Shown here piece after piece: positions 51,574 through 60,469 of a DNA stretch of 64,000 nucleotides. Positions within the stretch are counted from its first letter, which is position 1. The number at the start of each line of letters is the position of its first letter. The translations under genes were made by a program, and so were the position numbers. Below the pieces are notes generated by a model that worked only from the letters and a program-made list of their open reading frames with translations, was not told where the DNA came from and ran no database searches. The stretch is from an uncultured Oxalobacteraceae bacterium (lineage in GTDB: Bacteria > Pseudomonadota > Gammaproteobacteria > Burkholderiales > Burkholderiaceae_D): positions 80,425-144,424 of the forward strand of contig CAITOF010000042.1 of assembly GCA_903893945.1 (NCBI GenBank), given 5' to 3'.

Positions 51574-52932
51574 TCAGCCAGCCCTGTGGGTATGCAGCTT
51601 GAGTTCGTCGATGGTCTTGGATTTTTGATCCGCGGCACTGCTGTCGGTACGACTTGTATTGACACTATCGATCAATTTCTTGCGCATCGGAGCCAGCACG
51701 AATTTGGCGGCGAACGCAGCTGCAATGGTGATTGCAGCGGACGCCATAAATACCCGATCCCAGTTACCCCCTGCAGACAGCACCGACGCCAGCGGCACGA
51801 GCAATGATGCAGTTCCTTTTGCCGTGTACAGTGTGCCCGCATTGGCGGCAGCGTATTTAACCCCGAACGTATCGGCACAGATGGCTGGGAAAATTGAAAA
51901 AATCTCACCCCAGAAAAGGAATATCAGCGCGGCGAATGTCATGAATGCCACCGGATCGTGACCAAACTGCATCAGACCCAGCATAGACAGTCCTTCACCG
52001 AGAAACACGACAAACATCGTATTCTCACGCCCAATCCGGTCAGAGATGAAACCGCACAGCGGCCGTGTGAAACCGTTGCACAGATTATCGATCGACAGCG
52101 TCATGGTCAGCAGTGGCAATGTGAGTCCGAACAGGGCAATCGGCATTTTTGCCAGCCCATAATCTTTGGCAATAGGACCGATCTGCGCTGTCGCCATCAA
52201 ACCGCCCGCGGCGACGGCAACAAACAGGATGTAGACCAACCAGAACAATGGGGTTTTGATCATTTTTCCTGTTGTATAGTCGACTTTGGTGGTCACCAGT
52301 CTCGGCGCAGGTCGTACGCCCTCCAGCGGTCTGGGTCGCACCATGAACATCGCCAGAATGAAGATGCATATGCCCTGCCCGATACCAAAAAACAGAAAGG
52401 CATGCTCATAGCCCGAACTCTGTATCATGTTTGCAATCGGAATCACGGTGACTGCCGCACCCGCCCCGAATCCTGCGGCAGTCAGTCCCGCCGCCAGACC
52501 GCGTTTGTCCGGAAACCATTTCAGGGCATTGCCCACACAGGTGCCGTACACACAACCGGCACCGATACCGGCCACCACCGCAGCAAGATAAAGCTCAGGC
52601 AGGGTCGTAGCAAATGAATCGATGATCCAGCCGGTGGCGGCAAACAGGGCACCGACAGCCACGACCGGGCGCGGGCCAAATTTATCCACCAGCCAGCCTT
52701 CAACCGGCACCAGCCAGGTCTCGACAAGAATAAAAATTGAAAATGACAGTTGTATAGCGGACAGACCCCAATGGTTTTTCGCTTCCATGGGACTTACGAA
52801 CAGGGTCCAGGCGTATTGAAGATTGGCTACCAATCCCATACAAATAATGCCGAATACAAGCTGAAGCCATCGATTTACTGGCTTTTCAGGACTACCAGGG
52901 CGAGCCCCGGTAACTTGGGTTTCTTGACTCAT
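51574..52932 (-). CDS. oxlT: Oxalate/formate antiporter (MFS, OFA family)
   Basis: NRWLQLVFGIICM...ANLQYAWTLF, ALKWFPDKRGLAAG, RPLCGFISDRIGRE, LYTAKG. Confidence 0.92.
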   Translation of the reverse strand: MSQETQVTGARPGSPEKPVNRWLQLVFGIICMGLVANLQYAWTLFVSPMEAKNHWGLSAIQLSFSIFILVETWLVPVEGWLVDKFGPRPVVAVGALFAATGWIIDSFATTLPELYLAAVVAGIGAGCVYGTCVGNALKWFPDKRGLAAGLTAAGFGAGAAVTVIPIANMIQSSGYEHAFLFFGIGQGICIFILAMFMVRPRPLEGVRPAPRLVTTKVDYTTGKMIKTPLFWLVYILFVAVAAGGLMATAQIGPIAKDYGLAKMPIALFGLTLPLLTMTLSIDNLCNGFTRPLCGFISDRIGRENTMFVVFLGEGLSMLGLMQFGHDPVAFMTFAALIFLFWGEIFSIFPAICADTFGVKYAAANAGTLYTAKGTASLLVPLASVLSAGGNWDRVFMASAAITIAAAFAAKFVLAPMRKKLIDSVNTSRTDSSAADQKSKTIDELKLHTHRAG

Positions 52933-53180
52933 GAAATTTATCTCCGGAATATTTTTATATGAACTTCATTACACACTTTTTGTGTGGTCTGCAGCGTACG
53001 GATCCTGATTCAATAATGCAATCAAGATACGACACAAGATCCGCTTCACCTGTACGATACAGTTCGTTCTGACCTTTGCTGTCACCGTTGTCTGGACGAT
53101 CGATAACAGCAACTGGCACAGCCCGACGTGTCCGGGAAATTGAATCTCAGTAAGAGAGTGACAGAACCGAACCGGATCGT

Positions 53181-53206
53181 CCTTGACTTCGGTTAAGATT
53201 TATTAT
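53181..53206. promoter_or_regulatory. Oxalate-cluster shared motif, site 4 (upstream of oxlT)
   Basis: CCTTGACTTCGGTTAAGATTTATTAT; 18/26 identical to site 3, same orientation relative to the minus-strand operon. Confidence 0.5.
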
Positions 53207-53261
53207 CTGTCCCGGATTACTCTTTACTCCGGGCAACAGGTCAATGTACGATCGTCGATCC

Positions 53262-53597
53262 TCAGAAGCCAACTTCGTGCCGCTGGATTTCAGCCCAGTC
53301 TATCGGTGCAGCGGCACGTGCGCCACGTGCAACAATTAACTCATAACAGCGGTTTTTTGCCGTGTGGATCATATCGGTCAAAAAATGAACATCATAGGCT
53401 TTGAGCAGGTGCGCCTGTTGGGTTTCCAGATAAGTCTGGATACTCGATTTCGCCCCGTCGTGGCTCTGAAGGTGCTGGTAAATCTCCTCATTCCAGTGCC
53501 ACTTCAGTCCCAGTTCACAAAAGGCCGCATTGTAGGCGTCCAAATGTATATCAATCGGGTTTTCTGCTGAAAGATCTTTGCTGGCTGCACTGCACAT
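53262..53597 (-). CDS. Small protein resembling the cap region of the HAD phosphatase CbbY, without the catalytic core
   Basis: HLDAYNAAFCELGLKWHWNEEIYQHL...IHTAKNRCYEL; GGGGAG RBS before the ATG; no DxD motif. Confidence 0.7.
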   Translation of the reverse strand: MCSAASKDLSAENPIDIHLDAYNAAFCELGLKWHWNEEIYQHLQSHDGAKSSIQTYLETQQAHLLKAYDVHFLTDMIHTAKNRCYELIVARGARAAAPIDWAEIQRHEVGF

Positions 53598-53897
53598 AAT
53601 GGCTCCCCTTCGCTGGTTAGTCTAGGCTTTCAGACACGTTTCGCTTCAATGCGAAACCTTGGGAAGCATCGTATTCTCAATGAATGATAAGTAATAGTTA
53701 AAGTTTTTAATAAAAATCATAACGTTTTGCTTATGATCTTCTTGAAATTTGAAGCGCGGCAGTACTGCCATACGCAGCCCGCGTCCTGTGCCGGCGCGGT
53801 AATTGTGCGAGTGCAGCAAATATTCTATCAAAACCTGCTGATAATACTGTATAAATTGAGTTATATTAATTGTGCGACTGCACAAAAGGAGGTCGGC

Positions 53898-54068
53898 ATG
53901 CCGTTATTACCTGAGTCACCCCAGGAACCATGGAACCATTATTTTCCACTTATCCCGTGCCATAAACCGTCTGCCCATCCCTTTGAAATCGAAGACTGTA
54001 TGGAATGGCAAATTCCTCGCGTCCCATTAAAGGACCTCCCGGTAGGCCTGATTTCGGATGAGATATGA
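53898..54068 (+). CDS. Putative 56-aa Pro-rich small protein
   Basis: AGGAGG at 53887-53892 before ATG 53898; MPLLPESPQEPWNHYFPLIPCHKPSAHPFEIEDCMEWQIPRVPLKDLPVGLISDEI. Confidence 0.45.
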   Translation: MPLLPESPQEPWNHYFPLIPCHKPSAHPFEIEDCMEWQIPRVPLKDLPVGLISDEI

Positions 54069-54171
54069 GTTTTTCCATACACTAGTTCAGAAAACGCCAA
54101 CCGGCTGGCGGATAAAACCTTGAACTGCCTGGATGAAGTTCATGCAGTTCAATGAACAACTGATAGTCAAT

Positions 54172-54310
54172 TCATGCGTTGACAGCCAATTTACGTAACA
54201 CTTTCGGGTATTCAGATGCCACGCGTAAGGGGGTGAGCGCCGCGCCAGACGGTTTCCGCCTGCCCTGCTCCCAATCTTGAAGCGTTCGCACTGTCGACAA
54301 TACGCCGACT
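54172..54310 (-). pseudogene. C-terminal remnant of an XRE-HTH (HigA/MqsA/YiaG-like) antitoxin
   Basis: Hand translation VGVLSTVRTLQDWEQGRRKPSGAALTPLRVASEYPKVLRKLAVNA*; an in-frame stop lies shortly upstream and there is no ATG. Confidence 0.7.
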
Positions 54311-54646
54311 ATCAAATGCTTCCTTTGCCAGACCAGGCATCCCTAATGATCGAATCAAAAAATGTTTATCTATCGCAGGACAAACATGTTTTTATAAGTA
54401 ATGTCTAAACGGTTCAGGAAGGATTGAAAACAGCCGGCAAGTTACGCGCGCCATGGCATTTGATAAACGTCTGCTGCATAACATGAAGTCTTGTTGAAAA
54501 GTATCCATTCTGATTTTACGTGAACGGCGCCAATGTACCTGTTAAAAGCCAGTTGGATTCCATTTGCATACGCTCGATGTTTGCCGTGACGATTCAATAC
54601 GACGTTGTACATAACTGTCATTCAACATCACATTTAGCAGAGGCAA

Positions 54647-56059
54647 TCATTGAGAGACAAGTACGTAGTTGGCTTCCACCCCACCGCTAACCTCTTTTAC
54701 AATGCTGCTAACCTTTGGCAAATAGTACAAGTCATATATACGTGAATGCCCTGTTGTGTGCTGACCCTCATTTAGGCCTGCTTGTCTCGAAGTCCAGTAA
54801 CCCTGCTCTTGTTCCACACAAAAAATCCTAAATGCAGGTTCCTTGGTGTCGGCGAAATCAATTTCCACTATGTCATCCACAACACAATAAATTTTTCTTG
54901 TACTACGGTCTTCTCTATTATTATTATGAGAATCACTATCAAAATTATACGATGTATTTTCTTCCCATATTCTGTGCAAGGAATAGTTGACCGCAACGGA
55001 ATTGCCAACTTTAATTGGGAATAATTCATTTGGATTGCCAGAAATTACATTAATCTCTATATTATCCGTCCCAATTGTATTTCCAATTAGGTGACCATTT
55101 ACTCCACTATTAGTTTTCGTCGTAGTTTTAGTTTCAATTGTACCTGGCCATGGAAGAATGCCATATTTCCCTTTGTAGGTTTTAGTTATATCCATTTTCG
55201 TGTGATTGTCGAACGGTCCATTTTCATATGTATATCTGCAAGTTTTCACTGCGGAGGAGAGTGTATTACGGTTGATAGTACAGACTTCCTTCTCCTTATT
55301 TTCAAGTGCCAAATGTAACGGCGGCGCAGAAAGTGCAATCGCCGGAATAGCAGCAGAAGGACGTTTGAGCGCAAGATTGCGGCGTAGTTGCATCAACCTA
55401 TCAACAGCTTGATCATAGTAGACAGAAAATGGAAATTTCTGGATAAATTGCTGTGTATCCGAGGGATCTTCAGACTGTCTAATAAGCTCCCATCGTGCTG
55501 CTTCAGGATCATCGTTGATTGATATTTTACCGTCGCGCTCTGCATCACTCAGTGTTTTGATTGCAGTGGTCAGTTTTTGTGCTTCATCCATCGTCTTATT
55601 GGCGAATGTCACAACTAGTGGGCATGTTGCATTTTTTTGATTAAATTCAAAGACTACTGCGCCATGTGCTGGGTCATTGATTCTCGGCCCAAATATATTT
55701 GTGTCAAGATTATTCATGTAATAAAAGTGTTCGCTAAAATCCTTGAAATGTACTCCTTTGGTTTTGTCAATTGATGCACAAATAGGATATGCTTTACTTG
55801 GTTCTCTCTGATCCGCGAATGGTATGATCGCCCAATCCACCGTGCCACCAAAACTACCTTGTTGCAAAGCGGCAGCATTCAGATATTGTTGGGCTTCTTC
55901 AATAGACATGACTAAGTTGGAAGGTGGAATTTCTTTTCTAGCAGCATGAATGTCACTAAGCCCGGTATTTCGATCCCAATCGACACTTGTTGTTCCACAA
56001 CCAGAAAGTAAAACCAACACGCAAATTGCGATAGTAAATCCATTTTTTCCTTTTTTCAT
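54647..56059 (-). CDS. Lipoprotein of unknown function
   Basis: Lipobox LSG-C after MKKGKNGFTIAICVLVL; ATG overlaps the caspase-gene TGA (ATGA); AT-rich. Confidence 0.8.
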   Translation of the reverse strand: MKKGKNGFTIAICVLVLLSGCGTTSVDWDRNTGLSDIHAARKEIPPSNLVMSIEEAQQYLNAAALQQGSFGGTVDWAIIPFADQREPSKAYPICASIDKTKGVHFKDFSEHFYYMNNLDTNIFGPRINDPAHGAVVFEFNQKNATCPLVVTFANKTMDEAQKLTTAIKTLSDAERDGKISINDDPEAARWELIRQSEDPSDTQQFIQKFPFSVYYDQAVDRLMQLRRNLALKRPSAAIPAIALSAPPLHLALENKEKEVCTINRNTLSSAVKTCRYTYENGPFDNHTKMDITKTYKGKYGILPWPGTIETKTTTKTNSGVNGHLIGNTIGTDNIEINVISGNPNELFPIKVGNSVAVNYSLHRIWEENTSYNFDSDSHNNNREDRSTRKIYCVVDDIVEIDFADTKEPAFRIFCVEQEQGYWTSRQAGLNEGQHTTGHSRIYDLYYLPKVSSIVKEVSGGVEANYVLVSQ

Positions 56060-57516
56060 TGGACACCTCCACTTGCCATAACAATATCACCAGTTTTAGG
56101 AAATCCCTCATCCAAGGCGTTTGCCCAAACCCTTTTCCCTGCTTTTACTATTACCCTGTATCTCAATGTCCTTCCATCCTTTTCTATATAAATAACGTCC
56201 TGGAGAAGGACCATGTGATCGGGTTCTGCTTCAAAAATAATCTGCTTGCCGTTAGAAATTATTTCAACAACTTTGCCCACAATAATTGACTGGTGTTCAA
56301 GCCCTTGAGCGAAGGTATTCGCCGTAGGTTTAACAGAAGCATCCAACTTAAATTTCTCGATTCGTGATTGTGCTAAAGCAGCAAAGCGCCCTGTTGGAAA
56401 ACGATTAAGAAAATCATTATAAGCTTCCAAAGATTGTGTTTTTTCCGCTAAGTCCCAAGCATTTTTTTCGGCTAACGCATCGTTCTGAGGCTTGTCGCTG
56501 GTAACTATGCCCAGCTTGCTTTTGGCCAGCTCGGCGTATTTTCCAGTTGGATATTGTTGCAAGTAGAGTTTATATCCTTCCGTTTTGCCCATATTATTGA
56601 TCGCTGTCCAGAAATTTCGTTCTTCATCATTAATTATTGTTGACGACGGTCCAGTGTTAGGGTCTACATTAGCAAGAGTAACGAAGGACGGACCCACACT
56701 AGCAATTTGTGGCGGCATTCCTGCTTGACCACCAGTAAAATAAAAATCACCATCAATGGGGGAACTTGCCAGCCACGGTTGCTGTGTACCACTAGTTGCT
56801 TTTTTTACCTTTACACCAACCTGATTAAATACATTGCGCACCTCCATGCCAGGTGTGTTGAGCGTTTCCGCCAATGCTAATGTATAAGGGCTGTCTGCCC
56901 CAGCACCATCCTGTGCCACATTGCCAGGTTGAGTTGCGTACGAAATTAAAGTGCCTTCTGGAGCCTGCATTTGTGCTAAGCCTCCACTAGTTGCTCGTAA
57001 TCCACGACCACCGAACGGATTATTACGACATGCATCGAGTACGACCAGATTCAATTTTGTTCCAGCGGCTTCCATTTGTTTTAACACAAGTTGCACATCC
57101 ACCATCTGAAAATCCAGATCTGTTTCATTTACCGGATTCGCATCCACCGGAACCAACCAGTTAGCACCACGCACTTGCAAACCATGACCAGCGTAATAAA
57201 AGAAGGCAACATCCGCACCAGCCAATTGTTTACCAAACGCATTTACAGCACGATCAAATCCGGGTTTGTTTAGGTCCAGTTGCGCACCTCCACCCACCAA
57301 TTCAAAACCCAAGTCTTTTAAAGTTTTGGCGATGAGGCGGGCATCATTTTTAGGATTTTCTAACGCGTGTATATTTTGATATTTGCTCATACCAACAACT
57401 AATGCAACACGCTTGCCGACTGTTTGGACAACATTAACAGCACGATCGGCTGGTTTGGCTGCGGGAGAATTAAGCAGTGCCAGTATGAATAGCGAACAGG
57501 TAAGATAGTTGAACAT
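56056..57516 (-). CDS. Exported caspase-family (peptidase C14) protein with helical repeats
   Basis: Signal-like N-terminus; KRVALVVGMSKY, LENPKNDA, His in FFYYAGHG, Cys in VVLDACRNNPF, ISYATQPG, SPYTLAL, QQPW; two W..Y..YL..YP.G..A.LA repeats. Confidence 0.9.
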   Translation of the reverse strand: MFNYLTCSLFILALLNSPAAKPADRAVNVVQTVGKRVALVVGMSKYQNIHALENPKNDARLIAKTLKDLGFELVGGGAQLDLNKPGFDRAVNAFGKQLAGADVAFFYYAGHGLQVRGANWLVPVDANPVNETDLDFQMVDVQLVLKQMEAAGTKLNLVVLDACRNNPFGGRGLRATSGGLAQMQAPEGTLISYATQPGNVAQDGAGADSPYTLALAETLNTPGMEVRNVFNQVGVKVKKATSGTQQPWLASSPIDGDFYFTGGQAGMPPQIASVGPSFVTLANVDPNTGPSSTIINDEERNFWTAINNMGKTEGYKLYLQQYPTGKYAELAKSKLGIVTSDKPQNDALAEKNAWDLAEKTQSLEAYNDFLNRFPTGRFAALAQSRIEKFKLDASVKPTANTFAQGLEHQSIIVGKVVEIISNGKQIIFEAEPDHMVLLQDVIYIEKDGRTLRYRVIVKAGKRVWANALDEGFPKTGDIVMASGGVQ

Positions 57517-57785
57517 GACTTGCTTCCAATTTATAAATCGGGATTTACGCTCAACTGTCAGGAACTTGCGGGGAGTACGCCGTCGCGTGAGCACGATTCC
57601 CTGCTCCTAACCATAGCATTACCGACACAGACGATCTGAAAACAATAATTTAAAAATTGAAAAATAGCAACTTCATTACTACTGTACGTGATCGACAAAT
57701 CACTAATTGCAAGCATACCGTTTCCACATTGCCTGAAATTTCCTGCACAACCGCTACACGTTGAAAGAATGTATTCAGCGAAAAC

Positions 57786-57819
57786 AAAAAAGGCTACAAG
57801 CATAAACTTGTAACCTTTT
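57786..57819 (-). terminator. Terminator downstream of tRNA-His
   Basis: Minus strand AAAAGGTTACAAG-TTTATG-CTTGTAGCCTTTTTT. Confidence 0.7.
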
Positions 57820-57838
57820 GATTATTCTACCGAATTCG

Positions 57839-57915
57839 TGGGGTGATCGATGGGGTTCGAACCCACGACAACAGGAATCACAATCCTGGACTCTACCAAC
57901 TGAGCTACGACCACC
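57839..57915 (-). tRNA. tRNA-His(GTG)
   Basis: Minus strand GGTGGTCGTAGCTCAGTTGGTAGAGTCCAGGATTGTGATTCCTGTTGTCGTGGGTTCGAACCCCATCGATCACCCCA; G-1, anticodon GTG, CCA. Confidence 0.97.
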
Positions 57916-57949
57916 ATTGATCTACTTCTGCCTGTGCTAAGGCAGGCCG

Positions 57950-58825
57950 CTATTTTAATGAGCTTAGGGGTAAATTGCAACCTAATTCTTGGATGGCATA
58001 CTGTTCCGGGTCCAGTTTCAGCAGTTGCGACAATGCAAATTCGAGTTTGGCCGGTTCACCTGTAGTCACGCATTCGAGCCGGGCATGGGGGACGGACTCG
58101 GGCGTATCCGGGTTTAGCAGCCCCCGCTCACTCAACAATCGCTTCAGTTGCCTGGCAATCGCCGATCCGGTGTCGATAATGTGCAATGTCGCTTTTCTTT
58201 CTGATAAGGCAATGCGGCGCAGGCTGTGCTCAACAAAAGGATAGTGGGTACAACCCAGCACCAGTATGTCTGCGCTGGATGCCAACACAGGCTGAAGATA
58301 TGTTTTTAACAAGCGGATGGTGGCGCTGGTGCCAAGCTCACCGCGTTCGATCTGATCGACCAGACCAGGGCAGGCCTGGTTGATCAAGGTTACCTTGGTG
58401 GTCTGCTGAATCTGGTCACAGAGCAACTGGTATTTGGCGCTGGCCAACGTCGAACTGGTCGCAAACACAGCCACGCAACCCGTTTTTGTCAGGCTGACGG
58501 CAGGTTTCAAGCCGGGCTCCACGCCGACAATAATCAGATCGGGATACTGCGAGCGCAATAATGCAATCGCCGCAGCGGTCGCGGTATTGCAGGCCACCAC
58601 AATCGCCTTGACACCATGTGTAAGCAGTGTCTCAGCAGCATACAGGGCACGCTGCATGATTTCCTGCTCCGGCTTGTCACCGTATGGAGCAAAGCCAGAA
58701 TCGGCAAAATAGCATAGCGACTCGTTCGGAAGTTGCGCCGCGATATGGCGCAGTACCGACAGCCCACCGATACCGGAATCAAAAATTCCCAATGGGGCAC
58801 GGGCCGGAAGAGGCGATAAATTCAT
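57950..58825 (-). CDS. murI: Glutamate racemase
   Basis: GIFDSGIGGLSV, PYGDK, VVACNTAT, VLGCTHYP. Confidence 0.96.
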   Translation of the reverse strand: MNLSPLPARAPLGIFDSGIGGLSVLRHIAAQLPNESLCYFADSGFAPYGDKPEQEIMQRALYAAETLLTHGVKAIVVACNTATAAAIALLRSQYPDLIIVGVEPGLKPAVSLTKTGCVAVFATSSTLASAKYQLLCDQIQQTTKVTLINQACPGLVDQIERGELGTSATIRLLKTYLQPVLASSADILVLGCTHYPFVEHSLRRIALSERKATLHIIDTGSAIARQLKRLLSERGLLNPDTPESVPHARLECVTTGEPAKLEFALSQLLKLDPEQYAIQELGCNLPLSSLK

Positions 58826-58872
58826 GAACTCAATTCAGCGTCTGCACGATGACGATGCGCCGGCAGACCGGT

Positions 58873-60393
58873 TTAATTTTTAACAGGGATGATGCCAATT
58901 CTGGCCTGCCATTCTTTCGGACCGGTCGTGTGCACCGACACACCTTTGGAATCGACAGCCACGGTCACCGGCATATCGACAACGTCGAACTCATAAATGG
59001 CCTCCATACCCAGATCTTCAAACCCGACGACTCTGGCTGATTTAATCGCTTTTGAAACCAGATAGGCCGCGCCACCCACCGCCATCAAATAGGCCGATTC
59101 ATGTTTTTTTATCGATTCTATCGCCACAGGGCCCCGTTCAGCTTTCCCTATCATGGAAATCAATCCGGTTTTTTCCAGCATCATGTCGGTGAACGCATCC
59201 ATGCGCGTTGCCGTGGTCGGGCCGGCGGGTCCAACCACTTCATCGCGCACCGGATCAACCGGGCCGACATAATAAATAACCCGATTGGTGAAATCGACCG
59301 GCAATTTTTCGCCTTTGGAGAGCATGTCCCTGATACGTTTGTGAGCCGCGTCACGGCCGGTCAGCATTTTGCCGTTCAAAAGCAGCGTCTGTCCTGGCGT
59401 CCAGGCGGCAACCTCGGCTTTGGTAAGCGTGTTCAAATCGACGCGTCTGGATTTTTCGGTATCGGCCTTCCAATTGACATTGGGCCAGCTTGACAAGGCA
59501 GGCGGTTCCAGATAAACCGGTCCCGAGCCGTCCATCACAAAATGCGCGTGACGGGTTGCAGCGCAATTAGGGATCATCGCAACCGGTTTTGAGGCGGCGT
59601 GGGTCGGATACATGTTGATTTTGACGTCAAGCACGGTAGTCAGCCCGCCCAAGCCCTGGGCGCCGATGCCCAATGCATTGATCTGGTCACATAAATTAAT
59701 CCGTAACTCTTCCGTCTTGTTCTGCGGTCCGCGCAGTTTTAACTCGTGCATGTTAATGTCTTCCATTAACGATTCTTTGGCCATTAACATGGCTTTTTCG
59801 GCAGTACCGCCAATACCTATACCCAGCATACCCGGCGGACACCAGCCGGCGCCCATGGTCGGCACCGTTTTCATCACCCAGTCAACGATCGAATCGGACG
59901 GATTGAGCATGACAAACTTGGACTTGTTTTCCGAGCCCCCGCCTTTGGCCGCCACCTGAATATCGAGCTTATTGCCAGGCACCAGCTCCATGTGTACCAC
60001 CGCCGGGGTGTTGTCTTTGGTGTTTTTCCGGTCAAACAGGGGATCAGCGACAATTGAGGCGCGCAATTTATTATCCGGGTCGTTATACCCGGTCCGGACC
60101 CCTTCATTGACGGCGTCGACGATCGACCCGGTGAAGCCCTCGAAACGAACTTCCATACCGATTTTCAGGAAAACGTTGACGATGCCGGTATCCTGGCAAA
60201 TCGGACGCCGGCCCTCGGCGCACATGCGCGAATTGGTCAGTATCTGTGCAATGGCATCCTTGGCGGCCGGGCTCTGTTCTATCTCATAGGCGCGCGCCAG
60301 ATGCTGAATATAGTCTGCCGGATGATAATAGCTGATGTACTGCAGGGCCGCGGCGATGGACTCAATAAAATCGGTTTGTGTAATCGTTGTCAT
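58873..60393 (-). CDS. fumA: Class I (Fe-S) fumarate hydratase
   Basis: ALQYISYYHP, RPICQDTG, AKGGGSENKS, GAGWCPPG, GRDAAH, AGPTTATRM, VGGAAYLV. Confidence 0.92.
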   Translation of the reverse strand: MTTITQTDFIESIAAALQYISYYHPADYIQHLARAYEIEQSPAAKDAIAQILTNSRMCAEGRRPICQDTGIVNVFLKIGMEVRFEGFTGSIVDAVNEGVRTGYNDPDNKLRASIVADPLFDRKNTKDNTPAVVHMELVPGNKLDIQVAAKGGGSENKSKFVMLNPSDSIVDWVMKTVPTMGAGWCPPGMLGIGIGGTAEKAMLMAKESLMEDINMHELKLRGPQNKTEELRINLCDQINALGIGAQGLGGLTTVLDVKINMYPTHAASKPVAMIPNCAATRHAHFVMDGSGPVYLEPPALSSWPNVNWKADTEKSRRVDLNTLTKAEVAAWTPGQTLLLNGKMLTGRDAAHKRIRDMLSKGEKLPVDFTNRVIYYVGPVDPVRDEVVGPAGPTTATRMDAFTDMMLEKTGLISMIGKAERGPVAIESIKKHESAYLMAVGGAAYLVSKAIKSARVVGFEDLGMEAIYEFDVVDMPVTVAVDSKGVSVHTTGPKEWQARIGIIPVKN

Positions 60394-60469
60394 GGGAAAG
60401 ACCTGTGTACGTTGGAGAGTGGAAGCATAAATCAGGCAGCAATGAAACGGGGTGAGGTAACCACGAGTA

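Larger units (their letters stand above)
53640..57830. mobile_element. AT-rich genomic islet at the 3' end of tRNA-His (boundaries approximate)
   Basis: Hand counts give 17/60 GC at 55021-55080 versus 36/60 at 36061-36120; abuts the tRNA 3' end; contains an antitoxin remnant. No integrase or att duplication found. Confidence 0.6.

Noticed and set aside
53262-53597. CbbY pseudogene
   Set aside because: It has its own GGGGAG RBS and ATG, a clean stop, and no upstream DxD-encoding remnant was seen, so it is treated as an intact small gene.
54172-57516. Known caspase-based defence system (gasdermin, CHAT/Craspase, CBASS)
   Set aside because: No gasdermin, NLR/STAND, TIR, nucleotidyltransferase or Cas gene nearby, and both proteins appear exported; kept as an unexplained module instead.
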